From contig JBFFUI010000031.1 of assembly GCA_041571435.1 (NCBI GenBank), positions 1 through 28,075 on the forward strand: a stretch of DNA of 28,075 nt, in the 5' to 3' direction. The notes under the pieces are model-generated. The model had not been told where the DNA came from and did no database searches. It saw only the letters and a list, made by a program, of their open reading frames with translations. This document shows, one piece after another, positions 26,984-28,075 of this stretch. The position numbers and the translations under genes were made by a program. The DNA is from Sulfurimonadaceae bacterium (lineage in GTDB: Bacteria > Campylobacterota > Campylobacteria > Campylobacterales > Sulfurimonadaceae). Each line of letters starts with the position of its first letter. Positions within the stretch are counted from its first letter, which is position 1.

Positions 26984-28075
26984 ATGTTCAGCTATTTTAA
27001 AAAAGGTCTCAACAAAACGACCGAAGCGATGAAGGCCGTCGCCCCTAAAAAACGTGCACGCATTCCCAAGGACGAACTCGAGGACATCCTCCTCGAAGCC
27101 GATGTCGAGTATGACCTCATCGAGATCATCCTCCGCGAGCTTTACCAGGAGACGGTCACCAAAGAGCAGCTGGAGTCCAAACTGCTGGCGACGATGGCGT
27201 GGGCGAACTATGAAGAGCCGGCGTTCGAGAAGCCTTTCGTCGAACTCATCATCGGCGTCAACGGCGCCGGCAAGACGACGACGATCGCCAAACTGGCAAG
27301 AATGTACAAAGAGAACGGCGAGCGGGTGATGCTGGGCGCGGCCGACACCTTCCGTGCGGCGGCGATCGAGCAGCTGACCCGCTGGGCCGACAAGCTCGAT
27401 GTCCCCATCGTCTCCTCCCGTCAGGGCCACGACCCTTCCGCCGTCTGCTACGACACCATCGAGTCGGCCAAAGCCAAAGGGTTCGAGCGCGTCATCATCG
27501 ACACGGCCGGCCGCCTTCACACCCAGACCAACCTGGCGAACGAGCTCAAAAAGATCGTCCGTATCTGCGACAAGGCACACAGCGGCGCACCGCACCGAAA
27601 GGTCCTCGTCCTCGACGGGACACAGGGCAACTCGGCCATCGCGCAGGCCAAAGCCTTTAACGAGATGATCGACATCGACGGCATCATCATCACCAAGCTC
27701 GACGGCACCGCCAAGGGTGGTTCGATCTTCAGTATCGCCCACGCTATGCGCATCCCGATCCTCTATGTGGGTGTCGGCGAACAGCCCGAAGACCTGGTCA
27801 AGTTCGACAAGTACGCCTTTATCGACAACTTCCTCGACCCCTTGTTCACCGTCGACGATGATGCCGCGCCGAAAGAGAAAGGTCCTGACTCGCTGATAGA
27901 GCTCTCCAGACTGAACAACGAGCAGCGTCATAAACTGAACGCACTTTTGGAAGCAGACGGCTACGAAGCGCTCTCCAAACACTTCGTCCGTGAGAAGAGC
28001 AGCTGGAACGAGTACAAACTCGTCGCCAACGAGACAAGCTACGCCATGGAGATCGTCGACCGCAACGAGAAGGTC
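26984..28075 (+). CDS. ftsY: Signal recognition particle receptor FtsY with a C-terminal extension (runs off the window end)
   Basis: My translation from ATG 26984: MFSYFKKGLNKT, LLEADV, GVNGAGKTTT, DTFRAAA, DTAGR, TKLDGTAKGG, GVGE.PEDL. No stop before 28075, so it is absent from the ORF track. Confidence 0.95.
   Translation, partial: MFSYFKKGLNKTTEAMKAVAPKKRARIPKDELEDILLEADVEYDLIEIILRELYQETVTKEQLESKLLATMAWANYEEPAFEKPFVELIIGVNGAGKTTTIAKLARMYKENGERVMLGAADTFRAAAIEQLTRWADKLDVPIVSSRQGHDPSAVCYDTIESAKAKGFERVIIDTAGRLHTQTNLANELKKIVRICDKAHSGAPHRKVLVLDGTQGNSAIAQAKAFNEMIDIDGIIITKLDGTAKGGSIFSIAHAMRIPILYVGVGEQPEDLVKFDKYAFIDNFLDPLFTVDDDAAPKEKGPDSLIELSRLNNEQRHKLNALLEADGYEALSKHFVREKSSWNEYKLVANETSYAMEIVDRNEKV

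Noticed and set aside
26921-27982. 353-aa ORF on the - strand
   Set aside because: Antisense shadow of ftsY, which is the real gene.

Overview
A 28 kb chromosomal window from a Campylobacterota bacterium, probably Sulfurimonas/Sulfurovum-like (inferred from the nadE-lpxK-argB-thrC and ftsY-tlpA-ygfA-rny gene order). Housekeeping genes dominate: lpxB (5'-truncated), dsbD plus thioredoxins, ppk2, thrC, cutA, argB, lpxK, nadE, cmoB, rny, ygfA and ftsY (3'-truncated, missing from the ORF track). Accessory genes include a fatty-acid cis/trans isomerase, a CDF transporter, a DUF3365 heme protein, a CZB protein and a disrupted CZB paralog. No transposase, phage gene, CRISPR array, tRNA or rRNA was recognised. 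The most unusual observations are: (1) two diverged copies of a ~90-nt hairpin element with compensatory changes, each between convergent genes and preceded by GCGNAGC mini-hairpins; (2) two DegT-family proteins with altered catalytic-lysine motifs, each overlapping a lipid A gene; (3) a tandem pair of very small beta-barrel-like exported paralogs; (4) an AMMECR1-Memo fusion with a signal peptide and no radical SAM partner nearby; (5) an FtsY with a C-terminal extension of at least 76 aa. All alignments and folds were done by eye.
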